Positions 59,760-59,826 of a DNA stretch of 59,826 nucleotides are shown piece after piece. Both the position numbers and the translations under genes were made by a program. Every line of letters begins with the position of its first letter. Position 1 is the stretch's first letter. Location of the stretch: contig JAZNJG010000197.1 of assembly GCA_045577945.1 (NCBI GenBank), positions 1 through 59,826 of the forward strand, read 5' to 3'. A model generated the notes under the pieces. The model searched no databases. It was not told the origin of the DNA and saw nothing but the letters and a program-made list of their open reading frames with translations. Source of the stretch: Bacilli bacterium (GTDB taxonomy: Bacteria > Bacillota_I > Bacilli_A > ML615J-28 > CAG-698).

Positions 59760-59826
59760 TCATATACTTTCAAACCATTTATTAAATTCTTCTATATTAA
59801 AAAATTCAATCCAATTTAAATTATTT
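59760..59826 (-). CDS. 3' end of a second homing-endonuclease paralog (truncated by the window edge)
   Basis: Encodes ..NNLNWIEFFNIEEFNKWFESI*. The DNA at 59763-59826 is 63/64 identical to 57883-57946, the 3' end of 57868..58935. Confidence 0.6.
   Translation of the reverse strand, partial: NNLNWIEFFNIEEFNKWFESI

Overview
This 59.8-kb window is AT-rich and belongs to a T4-like myovirus genome. Almost everything is coding on the + strand, with short or overlapping gene junctions. T4-type replication and recombination genes are recognisable from motifs: UvsY, UvsW, a two-ORF gp43 PolB, UvsX, gp41 helicase, gp61 primase, T4 RNase H/FEN, gp59 and gp32. So is a structural and packaging block: a LysM-like baseplate protein, a gp27-like hub, a gp5-like spike carrying an M15 peptidase domain, a PAAR tip, gp4-like, gp16/gp17 terminase, gp18 sheath, gp19 tube, gp20 portal, gp21 protease, gp22 scaffold and gp23 capsid. 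Structural genes are preceded by T4 late-promoter boxes (TATAAATA), often extended to TATAAATAATTATATAAT. Accessory content: (i) a 7-deazaguanine island with a TGT/DpdA-like ORF, a PurN-like formyltransferase, a GNAT-amidohydrolase fusion, a P-loop kinase, QueF and QueC, interrupted by a homing-endonuclease gene; (ii) folate and nucleotide genes (SHMT with a 4-Cys insertion, ThyX with a C-terminal fusion, dUTPase, dNMP kinase, 5'-nucleotidase); (iii) a tightly coupled block with a CCA-adding enzyme, a SpoT-type small alarmone hydrolase, a metallophosphoesterase and a NUDIX hydrolase, which I read as a candidate tRNA-3'-end repair or counter-defence module; (iv) a lysis cassette (M15 peptidase plus an i-/o-spanin pair) inserted between portal and prohead protease; (v) a minus-strand island holding a methyltransferase between paralogous homing-endonuclease genes. 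I saw no tRNA, rRNA or CRISPR array. All functional calls rest on motifs read by eye; no database search was run.
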